35,580 bases of DNA. Source: a virus. Taxonomy: Duplodnaviria; Heunggongvirae; Uroviricota; Caudoviricetes. The position numbers and the translations under genes are program-made. The stretch lies in the IMG/VR virus record IMGVR_UViG_3300032167_007519, one strand, 5' to 3'. The notes under the pieces are model-generated. The model was not told where the DNA came from. It made no database searches and was given only the letters and a program-made list of their open reading frames with translations. Below are positions 1 to 9,277 of this stretch, piece after piece; position 1 is the first letter of the stretch; the number at the start of each line of letters is the position of its first letter.

Positions 1-37
1 CTACACCTGATTTTAAAATGCTCATTACATTTTTCAT
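1..37 (-). CDS. 5' end of a pilin-like protein (partial, runs off the left edge); paralog of 130..690
   Basis: ATG at 37 preceded by AAAGGAG RBS; reads MKNVMSILKSGV, identical to the N-terminus of 130..690. Too short for the ORF track. Confidence 0.8.
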   Translation of the reverse strand, partial: MKNVMSILKSGV

Positions 38-68
38 ATTAGACATTCTCCTTTAAAAATAGTTTTTG

Positions 69-101
69 CCTCTCTCACGGAGCTTTAAAGCTCCGGAGAG
101 G
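69..101. other. Stem-loop between tandem pilin-like genes
   Basis: CCTCTC-tca-CGGAGCTTT/AAAGCTCCG-GAGAGG; perfect 18-bp palindrome at 78-95; no U-tract on the coding (-) strand. Confidence 0.6.
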
Positions 102-129
102 TGATTTAGAAGGACTTTTGTTGAGAGAA

Positions 130-690
130 TTACTTCTGTGTAATAACAACAAAGGCTAAAGCTCCATTTGCTGTATAATGACAATTTACATTGTAGTAAG
201 AAGTAGGATTGATATATGCTTCAGAGGTCTTTACACGGTAGTCACCTTTTCCTGCTTTTGCTACTGAAGACATATCAGGGAAGTTCTCTCTTTCGGAAGA
301 TAATACATATACATTATTGATATCATCTAAGTCTGCAAGAGTAAAAGATGCGTTTGGACCAGACTGAGTATATTCCGATACTGTATTATAGGTAATATTT
401 CCGGAGGTATCAGTTTCTTTGTTGGTATATACTAATACATTTACATTAGCAGTGGAGTTTGTTAAACTTTCTACCATGGAAATTACTGCGCTACCCTGAA
501 TGTCTTCTCCATCATAGGAAGTCAGGTCAATAGCATTGATATTTACACCTTCTACTGCGTTTAATACGCCGTCAATGTGTTTTACTGTTACGTCCTTACC
601 ACGATTAAAATAGAATACGGTAAGAGTAATAATTACTGCCAGCAATAAGAATCCTACGCCGGACTTTAAAATGCTCATTACATTTTTCAT
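130..690 (-). CDS. Pilin/pseudopilin-like protein of the Tad-like locus
   Basis: Short basic leader ending KSG, then one hydrophobic helix (VGFLLLAVIITLTVFYF) and a soluble domain; AAAGGAG RBS; position after the TadB/C-like gene. Confidence 0.6.
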   Translation of the reverse strand: MKNVMSILKSGVGFLLLAVIITLTVFYFNRGKDVTVKHIDGVLNAVEGVNINAIDLTSYDGEDIQGSAVISMVESLTNSTANVNVLVYTNKETDTSGNITYNTVSEYTQSGPNASFTLADLDDINNVYVLSSERENFPDMSSVAKAGKGDYRVKTSEAYINPTSYYNVNCHYTANGALAFVVITQK

Positions 691-775
691 ATTGGTTAAG
701 CTCCTTTAGAAAAATTATTTTTTTAAGGCTTTGCCTTTTTTACATGAATAAGTTATGTTTGTTTGAGGACACTTT

Positions 776-1192
776 TTATGGTCCTTGTTTTGTGATGATG
801 ACCTCAGTTGGAACGTTGTTTTTATTATAAACAAGAGATACGAAGTACAAGCCATTTCCATAGATATAAGCATCGTGTCCTGCAGTTCGGAAATTATCTG
901 TGTCTGTAATTGGTTTTGGACCATTTCCATCTCCAGAATCAATCGATACTTTATCGAAAAAGGAAAAGTTCGTTTTTAAATAATTGATAACTTGACTTCC
1001 GTATATCGTACATTGGTCATATCTTGTGATAGGATATAACTCTATCGTTTGTTGCTCTCTTAATTCCTGTTCTTGTAGCTCTGTGGTGACATCACTGACT
1101 CGTCGAAAGGAAGTTATATATAGAATGATAATTGCCATTGTGAGCATAGCTCCCGCACCCATCAATAACATGCGTTTTAAATTGTCACTCAT
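776..1192 (-). CDS. Pilin/pseudopilin-like protein
   Basis: N-terminal hydrophobic helix (MLLMGAGAMLTMAIIILYI); C-terminus ends in a motif resembling that of 130..690 (EVIITKQ vs FVVITQK); AGAAAGGAG RBS. Confidence 0.55.
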   Translation of the reverse strand: MSDNLKRMLLMGAGAMLTMAIIILYITSFRRVSDVTTELQEQELREQQTIELYPITRYDQCTIYGSQVINYLKTNFSFFDKVSIDSGDGNGPKPITDTDNFRTAGHDAYIYGNGLYFVSLVYNKNNVPTEVIITKQGP

Positions 1193-1207
1193 TGCGTTCT
1201 CCTTTCT

Positions 1208-2890
1208 TTAAAACATTGTGTCCATAGAGCTTAATACGCCTAATACGTCTTCCATATCGACAAATGTATAATATACAAACGGAATAATAACGTATAATCC
1301 AAAGGCTAAAATTGCAGGCAGGGAAGAGGAAAATTCTAATAAGTTTCCTTGATTGTCTGCCTTAATATCTGACATAATGTGCCGTTCTTCAATTCCTAAT
1401 TGACGACTCATTTTGAGTTCTTGGAAAGATTGTTCAATACCTAAACGGTCAATGGAAATTAACATATCTACAATATTACTAAATGTTAAATCCCCTTCTC
1501 GTTCGGCAACAGCTTTTAAGCCAGAGAGTGCTTTTGTTTGGTCGTAAGATAGCATGTTTAAACATTCACCAATCGGTAAACGATAATAATTTGCAAGTCT
1601 TTCCATCTTAGATAATAAGTCTGCTAATGTAATCGTTTTACTGTGACGTTCCGAAATCATTAACAATTGGAAAGAGTCAACTTCATTTTCTCGGTCCTTT
1701 TTAAATTGATATTTTAAAAAGAGTACCTGAATTGGGAATGCTAACGCTACTAGCCCACATAAAGGAATTAGAAGTAATTGATTGGAATGAACCGTAGTGT
1801 GATTTTGAATTGCTCCAATCACTACTAAAAATAATCCGGCAAACATTCCAAGAATTGCATCTAATGTCATTTTGGTATAACAAACACTAGGAGGAGCATT
1901 ACAGGCAACTGCTTTTAATTGTTTTACAAACCACCCCTGATTTGTATCTTCAAACCATTGTAATGCGTCTTGTGCCTTGTAATACCATTCTTTTATGGTG
2001 ATGGTCTTTAAATGACGGTATTTAGCTCTGTTTAATGCCTGATATAAGATAAAGGCACTGGCAAGTGTTAATAACTCTACAAACAAACCATATTCCGTAT
2101 AAAAAAGAACCATATCTTCCATGAGTGATAGACCAAACTTTTTGATAACACCCATGGCTAATGCCGGAACCCAGAGTACAAAAGACAATCCTTGTAATCT
2201 GGCATTGTGTTTCTGGCGGTCAATTTTAGACCGAAGCATGTCTACTCGAAATGTCTCTAACGTTTCACAAAATGAGGATACTCCGTTAATATAGGCATCT
2301 CCATGCTCAAAACATTCGTAGCATTGCTGTAAAAACAGTTTTAAATATAAGTTTTTGTCTGCATCTGTAACATAATTGTAAATCTGTTCTTCAGCATTAT
2401 CAGCCGTAAGAATCTCTTCTAAAAATCTTGCTGTCGTCTGAATTTCTCTACTTAAAGAGGTAGCACCCATTTCTAATGCCGTTAAAATAGAACGCTCACT
2501 TTGATAGTAATGGGATACATTCAGGAAAAACGAAGATAATTCTGTGTTAAGCTGATTCGTAAGCTTATTCTGTCGATACAACAAAACTTCATTAAATATG
2601 TAGTAGGCTGCTGCTACACTTGCTACAACTACATAGGGAGTTACGCCAAAAAATACTAGGTTCATTAAAAAGAATATGAAAAAAGAACCTATACAGCCTA
2701 AAATGGCGGCAATTAAAGAGTTTAATGCCATCTGCTCTGCTTCTCTGTCTTCATATGGACAGATGCCTTGATATAATTGCTTTAATACTCTTAATTTTCC
2801 CTTGAAGAATGGAACTCTTGTTAATGGTAAAAATAAACGAATATATTGCTGGCTGGTAACTAATCTGGGATTACCTGCATTCTTACTCAT
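1208..2890 (-). CDS. Pilus assembly inner-membrane platform protein, probable TadB-TadC (two GspF-like domains) fusion
   Basis: 560 aa with several TM clusters and two soluble helical regions; ATGA overlap with the upstream CpaF ATPase (translational coupling). Confidence 0.65.
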   Translation of the reverse strand: MSKNAGNPRLVTSQQYIRLFLPLTRVPFFKGKLRVLKQLYQGICPYEDREAEQMALNSLIAAILGCIGSFFIFFLMNLVFFGVTPYVVVASVAAAYYIFNEVLLYRQNKLTNQLNTELSSFFLNVSHYYQSERSILTALEMGATSLSREIQTTARFLEEILTADNAEEQIYNYVTDADKNLYLKLFLQQCYECFEHGDAYINGVSSFCETLETFRVDMLRSKIDRQKHNARLQGLSFVLWVPALAMGVIKKFGLSLMEDMVLFYTEYGLFVELLTLASAFILYQALNRAKYRHLKTITIKEWYYKAQDALQWFEDTNQGWFVKQLKAVACNAPPSVCYTKMTLDAILGMFAGLFLVVIGAIQNHTTVHSNQLLLIPLCGLVALAFPIQVLFLKYQFKKDRENEVDSFQLLMISERHSKTITLADLLSKMERLANYYRLPIGECLNMLSYDQTKALSGLKAVAEREGDLTFSNIVDMLISIDRLGIEQSFQELKMSRQLGIEERHIMSDIKADNQGNLLEFSSSLPAILAFGLYVIIPFVYYTFVDMEDVLGVLSSMDTMF

Positions 2891-4671
2891 TCAAGAGCAC
2901 CCCCTTCAGGACAACTGGTAGATAGCTGCTGCCTTCCCGGAATATCATCATTCCATTCCTTTAAGGCGATGTAGTCTGCTATACTCATAAATCCTTTTGC
3001 CTTGTTCATAAGAGCAGGACTTAAGGAATTGAGTTTCTTGTATTTTCCGTTCGATAATCTACGGAAAATTGGATTGATTTTATATACAGAAGTTTTATTT
3101 AATTGCTTCTGAATATGGTCTAATCCTTCTTCAATATTAGTTGGTGCTAACATTTCACCAATCTCTGGAATAACTTCATCAATTCCAACAATTCTTGGAA
3201 CACCATCAATTCTTGCAAGTCGAATGTTTAAGTTGATGATTTGCGCCGCTTCTAATTCTGCTAATCGCTCGGAACTGAATCCATGAGCTAGTTTTGCATT
3301 TTTAAAGTCGGCAACCATTTCTTCGGTCTTATTGTGGTGAGAAGTCCAAAAAACTTGAGGTACTACTTTTGCGATGTTACATAAAATGTTTGCTGTCTCA
3401 AGAGAGTTTACTTCTCCTACAGAAAAGATATGTCCGGTAGTTTTTCTTACAAATGCAGAAACTTCTTCTTCTGTGGAATGGTCATCAATCTTATAACTCG
3501 AAGCGTTTCTTCCCGGTAAATAACTTCTAACGTTTAATTCAAAAGAATCTCGTTCAATTACTCGGATGTTCTTATCTGGTTCGGTTTCTCGGAGTAAAGT
3601 TCTAAGTAATGTAGTTTTACCTACTTCCATTCCTCCTGTAACACCAATGTTTGCTCCGGAACGGGCAAATAAACGAACAATAGGATTGATTTCACAATCT
3701 GGGTCAAAACCTTCAAGGTTAACGACAGATACTGTGCCAAATTTTCTGATTAAACCACCCCAAGAATCTTGAAATGGTGGTCTTGCCACTGTAATACGAC
3801 GTCCATCAATGGTATCTGTAATAATCTTTGGATTTGCTTCTGTTAAATCTCCTGCACTGGCATCTTTAATTAAGTTTCTAATAACTCTCTTTAATTCATG
3901 ATTATCAGTAAAGGATAAAAACTTTAAAGCAATGGTTCGTCCATTTACAACAACATGTACTTTGTCTTTTGCATGGTTTCCTAATTGCTCGGTTTTTCCA
4001 CGCATTAGAGAACGATAGTCATACGACTGATTTAATACACCTGCCATACCAATATGGATTTCTTCAATGGTATCTTGCTGGTAATTTAAGGTATCTATAA
4101 CTCCTAATCCATAGATAGAAGCAAATACCATTTGTGTTAAAATTCGAATCTTGTCTGAATAATCTAACTGTAAATCGTGTGAGTCATAATATTGTCTTAA
4201 TTCTTTTTCAGAAATGGATAATGCATTTGGAAAAGCATTGAAAAAAGCTTTGATACTTCCTAAATCTTCCCGTAAGACAACTTTTTTACCCTGCTGTAAT
4301 GGGTTTGTTCTCGCTTCTTTGAATTTGAATTGGTTTTCTAAAGTAATTGGATGATTTACTCGATATACTATTGCTTCAAACATTGTCCAAGGGGTTGCAA
4401 ATTCATCAAACAAAATATAGTTTTCTAAGTTTTTTTCCGTAATAACTTGTTCGATTTTGTCTCGAATAACTTCTTTTGTTAATTCTCTTGCACCAAGGTC
4501 TCCAGAACAACTCTTTCGAATGTTTAGGGCAATTGTCTGAATCTGCTCTTTTTTATCCAGTAACTCTTCTTCGGAAAATCCTAATCCGTTTAGATTCATA
4601 GATGTATAACGATTTACTTCGTCTAACACGTATCTCGTTAATTCACGAAAATTTGTGATTACATCATGCAT
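2887..4671 (-). CDS. cpaF: CpaF/TadA (VirB11-family) pilus assembly ATPase
   Basis: Walker A GGMEVGKTT, Asp box IERDSFEL, Walker B FSVGEV, His box TSHH; GRRITVARPPF motif typical of CpaF. Confidence 0.88.
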   Translation of the reverse strand: MHDVITNFRELTRYVLDEVNRYTSMNLNGLGFSEEELLDKKEQIQTIALNIRKSCSGDLGARELTKEVIRDKIEQVITEKNLENYILFDEFATPWTMFEAIVYRVNHPITLENQFKFKEARTNPLQQGKKVVLREDLGSIKAFFNAFPNALSISEKELRQYYDSHDLQLDYSDKIRILTQMVFASIYGLGVIDTLNYQQDTIEEIHIGMAGVLNQSYDYRSLMRGKTEQLGNHAKDKVHVVVNGRTIALKFLSFTDNHELKRVIRNLIKDASAGDLTEANPKIITDTIDGRRITVARPPFQDSWGGLIRKFGTVSVVNLEGFDPDCEINPIVRLFARSGANIGVTGGMEVGKTTLLRTLLRETEPDKNIRVIERDSFELNVRSYLPGRNASSYKIDDHSTEEEVSAFVRKTTGHIFSVGEVNSLETANILCNIAKVVPQVFWTSHHNKTEEMVADFKNAKLAHGFSSERLAELEAAQIINLNIRLARIDGVPRIVGIDEVIPEIGEMLAPTNIEEGLDHIQKQLNKTSVYKINPIFRRLSNGKYKKLNSLSPALMNKAKGFMSIADYIALKEWNDDIPGRQQLSTSCPEGGALE

Positions 4672-5422
4672 TGGTTACCTCCCGAAGTTTTCCAATCTCT
4701 TGGAAAAAATAAATGGTTTCATCTGTTTTTCCAAGTAACTTTGAAATAACAAGTTTTTCATTTGCCTTGAAAAAACGATTGGTTCTACTGTCTGTAATGG
4801 CATCTGCAAATTCTGTACAATACGGAATTGCATATAGCTTGTTCTTTGGATATCTCTGATTGATTGCTCGTAAATTTAATTTACGTTTTGGGTTGTAGTT
4901 TCCACATAATAACAACATGTTTTCTTCTACTAAACCCTCTGTTAATATCATACTGTTCTGAGAAATTACCATGACGTTGGTATCTGCAGCTTCTTTTACT
5001 GCTTGAGAAACGTCAGAATTTCCAAAGCCAATATCTACAAATACATAGTCGTAATATAATGGAAGCTTCTCTGTAATGATATATTTTAGAATTTCTTCTC
5101 GTTCATCATCCATTCGCTTTGCTGCAGATGGTAATAAGAAGAAGTCTTTATCTAAATGTATCATCGCTTTATCAAGGTCATTCTTTTCTAAGTCTCTTGC
5201 CTTGATGGTATAGCATAAATAGTCTAAGCCAATTCCATCATAGACTGGACGCTTTTCTTCTCCTGAAATGAAGAAATTCTCTAAGGCAGCAAGACTAGAC
5301 TGAGAATGGACTAATACAATACTTTTCTTTTCTTGCTTGATTGCATAGGCCATAGCTACCATAGAGGCAGTTGTTCCACATTGTCCGTGAACTGGGGACT
5401 GAAATGAATAAATTTTTCCCAT
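4664..5422 (-). CDS. ParA/MinD-like (TadZ/CpaE-like) protein with degenerate Walker A
   Basis: N-terminal SPVHGQCGTT P-loop, YDYVFVDIG Walker B region; sits directly upstream of cpaF with overlap. Confidence 0.7.
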   Translation of the reverse strand: MGKIYSFQSPVHGQCGTTASMVAMAYAIKQEKKSIVLVHSQSSLAALENFFISGEEKRPVYDGIGLDYLCYTIKARDLEKNDLDKAMIHLDKDFFLLPSAAKRMDDEREEILKYIITEKLPLYYDYVFVDIGFGNSDVSQAVKEAADTNVMVISQNSMILTEGLVEENMLLLCGNYNPKRKLNLRAINQRYPKNKLYAIPYCTEFADAITDSRTNRFFKANEKLVISKLLGKTDETIYFFQEIGKLREVTNA

Positions 5423-5425
5423 GGG

Positions 5426-6046
5426 TTATTCCTCCTCTACTGTAGTCTCGGGTTCTTCTGTTTCAACAGACTTCTTTGTAAAAACAGGTTTTGTCTTGAT
5501 ATGACGTAATTTCGTATGGGAGGTTCCATTACACCAGTTGAATAAAGATAATAAACAGTCTCTATATGGTTTGGAAAACTGGTCAATCGAAAACTTTGTA
5601 TTCATTCCGAAATGACAATCAATTAAATAATCTCTTTCGTCAGAAACAATTTCATAATGTGTTGCCTGTGGTAAATTTAATTCTGATAAAATGAGACGAT
5701 GACCATATTTCAATCCTGTAGGAACTAATTCTGTAAGGATTACAATGTCTGTTTCTGTCGGAAGTGGCAATTCTCTTAATTCAATAATGTCTCTGTAATA
5801 TGGTCGAAGCGCAATGATTCGATAATCACAAAGCGTGTCGTCATTTACGTAAAATTCATAATCAAACTCTTTTTCGTCGGAATTGAAATAAATTCCATTT
5901 CGTTCCTGATTGTTATCGGTATCGTCAAAAAGAAGTTTGCTATAAATTCCATTTGTATGGATATTTACACTACCTGCTTGCTTAAATAAAGTTGCTAAAC
6001 TTAAGACAAAGGTGTGTGGATACTTTGACGTAATTCCAATTTTCAT
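5426..6046 (-). CDS. Hypothetical protein of the Tad-like operon
   Basis: 206-aa ORF with AGGAG RBS, tightly packed between the SAF-domain gene and the TadZ-like gene. Confidence 0.75.
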   Translation of the reverse strand: MKIGITSKYPHTFVLSLATLFKQAGSVNIHTNGIYSKLLFDDTDNNQERNGIYFNSDEKEFDYEFYVNDDTLCDYRIIALRPYYRDIIELRELPLPTETDIVILTELVPTGLKYGHRLILSELNLPQATHYEIVSDERDYLIDCHFGMNTKFSIDQFSKPYRDCLLSLFNWCNGTSHTKLRHIKTKPVFTKKSVETEEPETTVEEE

Positions 6047-6060
6047 ATGGTTAAACTCCT

Positions 6061-6789
6061 TTACTGAACCTCTGCTTCAATCTGTGCTTCTAACTGTTTT
6101 CTGAGAACGCTATACTCTCTCCAATTGTCATAAATCAATGGTAAGTTGTCTTCTCTTGGAATATAAGTAATGACTGCAGGGTCCTGTGTTTCCGGGCTGG
6201 AATATACGGTTGCATAAATGGTTGCATCGTATAAGTTCTTGTCTACAATCGCTGAAGACAAACATAATCTTTCTTCTTCTGTTAAGGTAAGTAAAGAATT
6301 ATTCCCTTCAATACCTGCTAATTTTGTCTTGGAGATTACTACGTAATCATTTCCGTTTCTAAAACGAATACGAATGTCAACATAACTTCCTATAGAAGCA
6401 TTGCTTGGAAAATCAATTTGACTATACTGTCCGGTGTTTCCTAGTTCTTTGGATTGGTCATATACCATACTGGAACTTAAAATAGCTCCAGCAGAAATGT
6501 CTGCAATTGCAGTTTTTCCAATACAATTTCCTTTAAATAAACCAATATGACTGGATACATATCCCGTTGTTTTGGTAACCATATCTTCTGTAACGACAGT
6601 TCCTGCTGTAATTAAATTATTCGCAGTATAGACCTCTGTCTGATAACTATTTAGTTCAGCAGATAAATGTTCTGCCTGTTCTTTATACAAACCTTCGCAG
6701 TATATGTTAAAATACCAATAGTTTGCAATGTTAGAACCGACAAGCAAAAGGATAACTAAAAGTACTGGCAATTTGGATTTCTTTTTCAT
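6061..6789 (-). CDS. SAF-domain CpaB/RcpC-like Flp pilus assembly protein
   Basis: N-terminal TM anchor, SAF-like segment (ITAGTVVTEDMV...AIADISAGAILSSSMV), VDIRIRFRNGNDYVVISK. ATG 6789 preferred over the track's TTG 6813 because AAAGGGG lies between them. Confidence 0.7.
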   Translation of the reverse strand: MKKKSKLPVLLVILLLVGSNIANYWYFNIYCEGLYKEQAEHLSAELNSYQTEVYTANNLITAGTVVTEDMVTKTTGYVSSHIGLFKGNCIGKTAIADISAGAILSSSMVYDQSKELGNTGQYSQIDFPSNASIGSYVDIRIRFRNGNDYVVISKTKLAGIEGNNSLLTLTEEERLCLSSAIVDKNLYDATIYATVYSSPETQDPAVITYIPREDNLPLIYDNWREYSVLRKQLEAQIEAEVQ

Positions 6790-6847
6790 AAATCGCTTAT
6801 TAACCCCTTTCAATATTTTTATTGATTTTTATTTTTTTAAATCTAAA

Positions 6848-6877
6848 TATTAGTCACTTTTTGGTTTAATCTGTCGG
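6848..6877 (-). promoter_or_regulatory. Conserved upstream motif copy A (CCGA-CAGA-TTAAACCA-AAAAG-TGACTAATA)
   Basis: One of four intergenic copies; about 60 nt upstream of the first Tad-like gene. Confidence 0.65.
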
Positions 6878-6920
6878 ATTTAGCGTAATTGCCTTCTTTT
6901 ATATGCGGACTAATATAAAT

Positions 6921-6961
6921 AAAATCCAGAAAAATCCACCCCCTAAAATTGAGAGTGGATT
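6921..6961 (-). terminator. Intrinsic terminator after virD4
   Basis: - strand AATCCACTCTC-aatttta-GGGGGTGGATT stem (11 bp, two G-U pairs) followed by TTTCTGGATTTT. Confidence 0.8.
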
Positions 6962-6968
6962 CTTCTTT

Positions 6969-9266
6969 TTAGTTATATGGATAACTATCGTAATCATAAT
7001 CGTCGTCTTCTTCAAAACCTTGGAATCCATATTCGGAATCTTCTGGACTAAATAATTCGACAATCTTTTCTGCAGACAATGGAATGATTTCTGGCCATCC
7101 GGAATCCATTAGTACTTCTTTTACTAATTTTGCTGGCGGAATGGTATATTTGTCTCTGTTGAATGGTATCTTGGTCTCATCTGATGTATATTTATATAAT
7201 GGATGAGTGGTATATGGATGCTTATTGTCAATTAACGGATTTTCTCCGGAAACAATAATAATTTCTTGGGTGTTCGGCAAAGTCTTTACTTCGTCGGCAG
7301 TCATTAAGTCTCTCTGCTTTACTTCAATACCATAGTCTGTTCCAGATTTTAAATTGGTTTGACTTGCTTTTTCCTGAGCATGGGCAATTGTTGCTTTACC
7401 TAAAGATTCAGAAACATATTTTGCAGTTTCATTATCTGCTACCTTTAGAACAAGGTTTACCGGACAGTTACCAAATACAGAGCCCCAGTCTTTGTCATAC
7501 ATGGATTTAATCTGGTTGATATCCTGTAAAATAACGTCACAACTACCGTTATAACCAGCTATAGTCGATAATACGGTTAAAAAGTTTGGGATTTTTCCGA
7601 CGTTGAAAAATTCGTCAATGATAAAACGATTGTGGAATGGGAACATGGTTCCGTGCATGTTCTCTACTTTCATGTGTGCTAAGTCTTTGACAAACTCTTT
7701 TGCTAAGTGTTCATTTGGTCTTGCACTGATTTGTACTCCGTTGGCATCTAAAATATCTATGTAATAAGTAGATGGGTCATTAGCGTTAAAGGTGTTCTTA
7801 TCATAAGCATGTTTTTGATAACGAACAGAAGACATCGCTTTTAATTCGTCTTCAACACGCTGTTCAAACGCTTCTTTTGTTTCTTTTTTCTTCGGTCTCC
7901 AGAAACGTATAAATTCACCATTCTCTAAATGAGCATATTTACAGCCATTTAATTTATTTCCTCTCTTATACATAGAGGTAAATAACTGAGAATACATCAT
8001 ATTTAATAAGAAGTTGAAGGTCTTATCATTTGGATTCATAATAAGGAAAATAGCATCCTTCTGCTCACCAAAACTGTTTAAATCAATATTATTCGAAGAG
8101 GTTAAGTCTCTAATACGGTCAATGGTAAACATATTTAAACGAGTTGTGGTATTCGCTACAATGGTTGCTGCTGTTGGCTGTAATGGGTTTCCTTTAATCT
8201 GGTCCCATGCAATACAACAGTATGGCATTGTATTTGGATGTTTCTCTTTTACTCTACAGAACATTTCATCCAAATAACTTCCTTCCAATGTCGCATTCTG
8301 TGGAACTTTACCTTCACGCTCCATCGCAAGTGCTAATAACAAGTTTACAGAGGCAAAACATGGTTTATAAAGCTTTCCACCAGTTACATAAGCATCTTCA
8401 AACTCTCCGCCTTCTCCATATTTCCATAACAAATAAATACAGGCTCTGAGCAAGGCAAGTGTGGATAAATCCCAGAATGGAGACTCTCCTCCACCTCCAC
8501 CACCTTCTTCTCCACCAAGTTTGGTAGCGTCCATTAACTGTTGCGCTAATGTAGCTACTTCTTCTTCACTGGTGATATATTTGAATGGATTGTATGTATT
8601 ACAACGTACTTTGTCAAAAATATCAAATACTCGTACTTTATAACCAAAAGCTTGTAATACCGGACCGACAGCTTCTAATAATTCACCTTTCGGGTCTGTC
8701 ACTACATAGTTACAGTTCATTTGTAAAATATTGGGTTTTACAAAGAATCTGGATTTACCAGAACGGGTTGCACCAAGAATAACCATGTTTAACGCCGTCT
8801 GATGATAATAAATTTCAGTACTGATACGAATATTTTTGGATAAAATCATATCTTTGTAGTGGTCTGGCTCTTTTGGATTTTCAGATAAGGAATATCTTGC
8901 ATTAAATTCTCTTATCTTTCCCCATTGAGCAGTACCTGCTTCAGTTGTAATATCATCTGTAATTCTGGTATAGCCTCGGACTGCTAAATAGGCCATAACT
9001 ACAGCTAACAAAAAGACAATAGTTAAAGATAAACTTTGTGGAGGTGCAAAGACTGTTTCCGTTAGTGGATGAGAACTTAACCATGCACTGAACTTATTAA
9101 AAGAACTATGTCGGTTAAAATAAACACTTAAAATATTGGAAACAAAATAAGTTGCAATCGCTGATACTACCATAACAACAACGACACTTTGTAAATATGC
9201 CCGCTGTTTTTGCTTTATGGTAGTATTCATTTTAAATTCTTTTCTTTGAGGTTTCTTTTTTGCCAT
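6969..9266 (-). CDS. virD4: VirD4/TraG-family type IV coupling protein
   Basis: Two N-terminal TMs, GTAQWG motif, Walker A VILGATRSGKSRFFVKPN, VTDPKGEL, Walker B IIDEF, acidic tail. Confidence 0.93.
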   Translation of the reverse strand: MAKKKPQRKEFKMNTTIKQKQRAYLQSVVVVMVVSAIATYFVSNILSVYFNRHSSFNKFSAWLSSHPLTETVFAPPQSLSLTIVFLLAVVMAYLAVRGYTRITDDITTEAGTAQWGKIREFNARYSLSENPKEPDHYKDMILSKNIRISTEIYYHQTALNMVILGATRSGKSRFFVKPNILQMNCNYVVTDPKGELLEAVGPVLQAFGYKVRVFDIFDKVRCNTYNPFKYITSEEEVATLAQQLMDATKLGGEEGGGGGGESPFWDLSTLALLRACIYLLWKYGEGGEFEDAYVTGGKLYKPCFASVNLLLALAMEREGKVPQNATLEGSYLDEMFCRVKEKHPNTMPYCCIAWDQIKGNPLQPTAATIVANTTTRLNMFTIDRIRDLTSSNNIDLNSFGEQKDAIFLIMNPNDKTFNFLLNMMYSQLFTSMYKRGNKLNGCKYAHLENGEFIRFWRPKKKETKEAFEQRVEDELKAMSSVRYQKHAYDKNTFNANDPSTYYIDILDANGVQISARPNEHLAKEFVKDLAHMKVENMHGTMFPFHNRFIIDEFFNVGKIPNFLTVLSTIAGYNGSCDVILQDINQIKSMYDKDWGSVFGNCPVNLVLKVADNETAKYVSESLGKATIAHAQEKASQTNLKSGTDYGIEVKQRDLMTADEVKTLPNTQEIIIVSGENPLIDNKHPYTTHPLYKYTSDETKIPFNRDKYTIPPAKLVKEVLMDSGWPEIIPLSAEKIVELFSPEDSEYGFQGFEEDDDYDYDSYPYN

Positions 9267-9277
9267 AAGTTTCTCCT

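Noticed and set aside
715-942. 75-aa ORF and the many other short ORFs nested in or antisense to long genes (e.g. 785..979, 3566..3772, 8014..8643, 12000..12556, 24678..24974, 30008..30325, 34384..34725)
   Set aside because: They are shadows of well-supported genes, with no RBS or recognisable protein features.
6814-6930. c-di-GMP riboswitch upstream of the pilus operon
   Set aside because: GGCAAT...ACGC is vaguely similar, but there is no GAAA-capped P2 stem or receptor; no recognisable class I or II structure.
7650-7943. Possible intein in VirD4 (insert begins with Cys)
   Set aside because: No block A/B pattern and no terminal His-Asn followed by Cys/Ser/Thr (MHG-T; the nearby HN is followed by Arg).
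8489-8514. Poly-Gly tract in VirD4 as a contingency repeat
   Set aside because: Encoded by mixed GGT/GGA codons, not a perfect slippage repeat.
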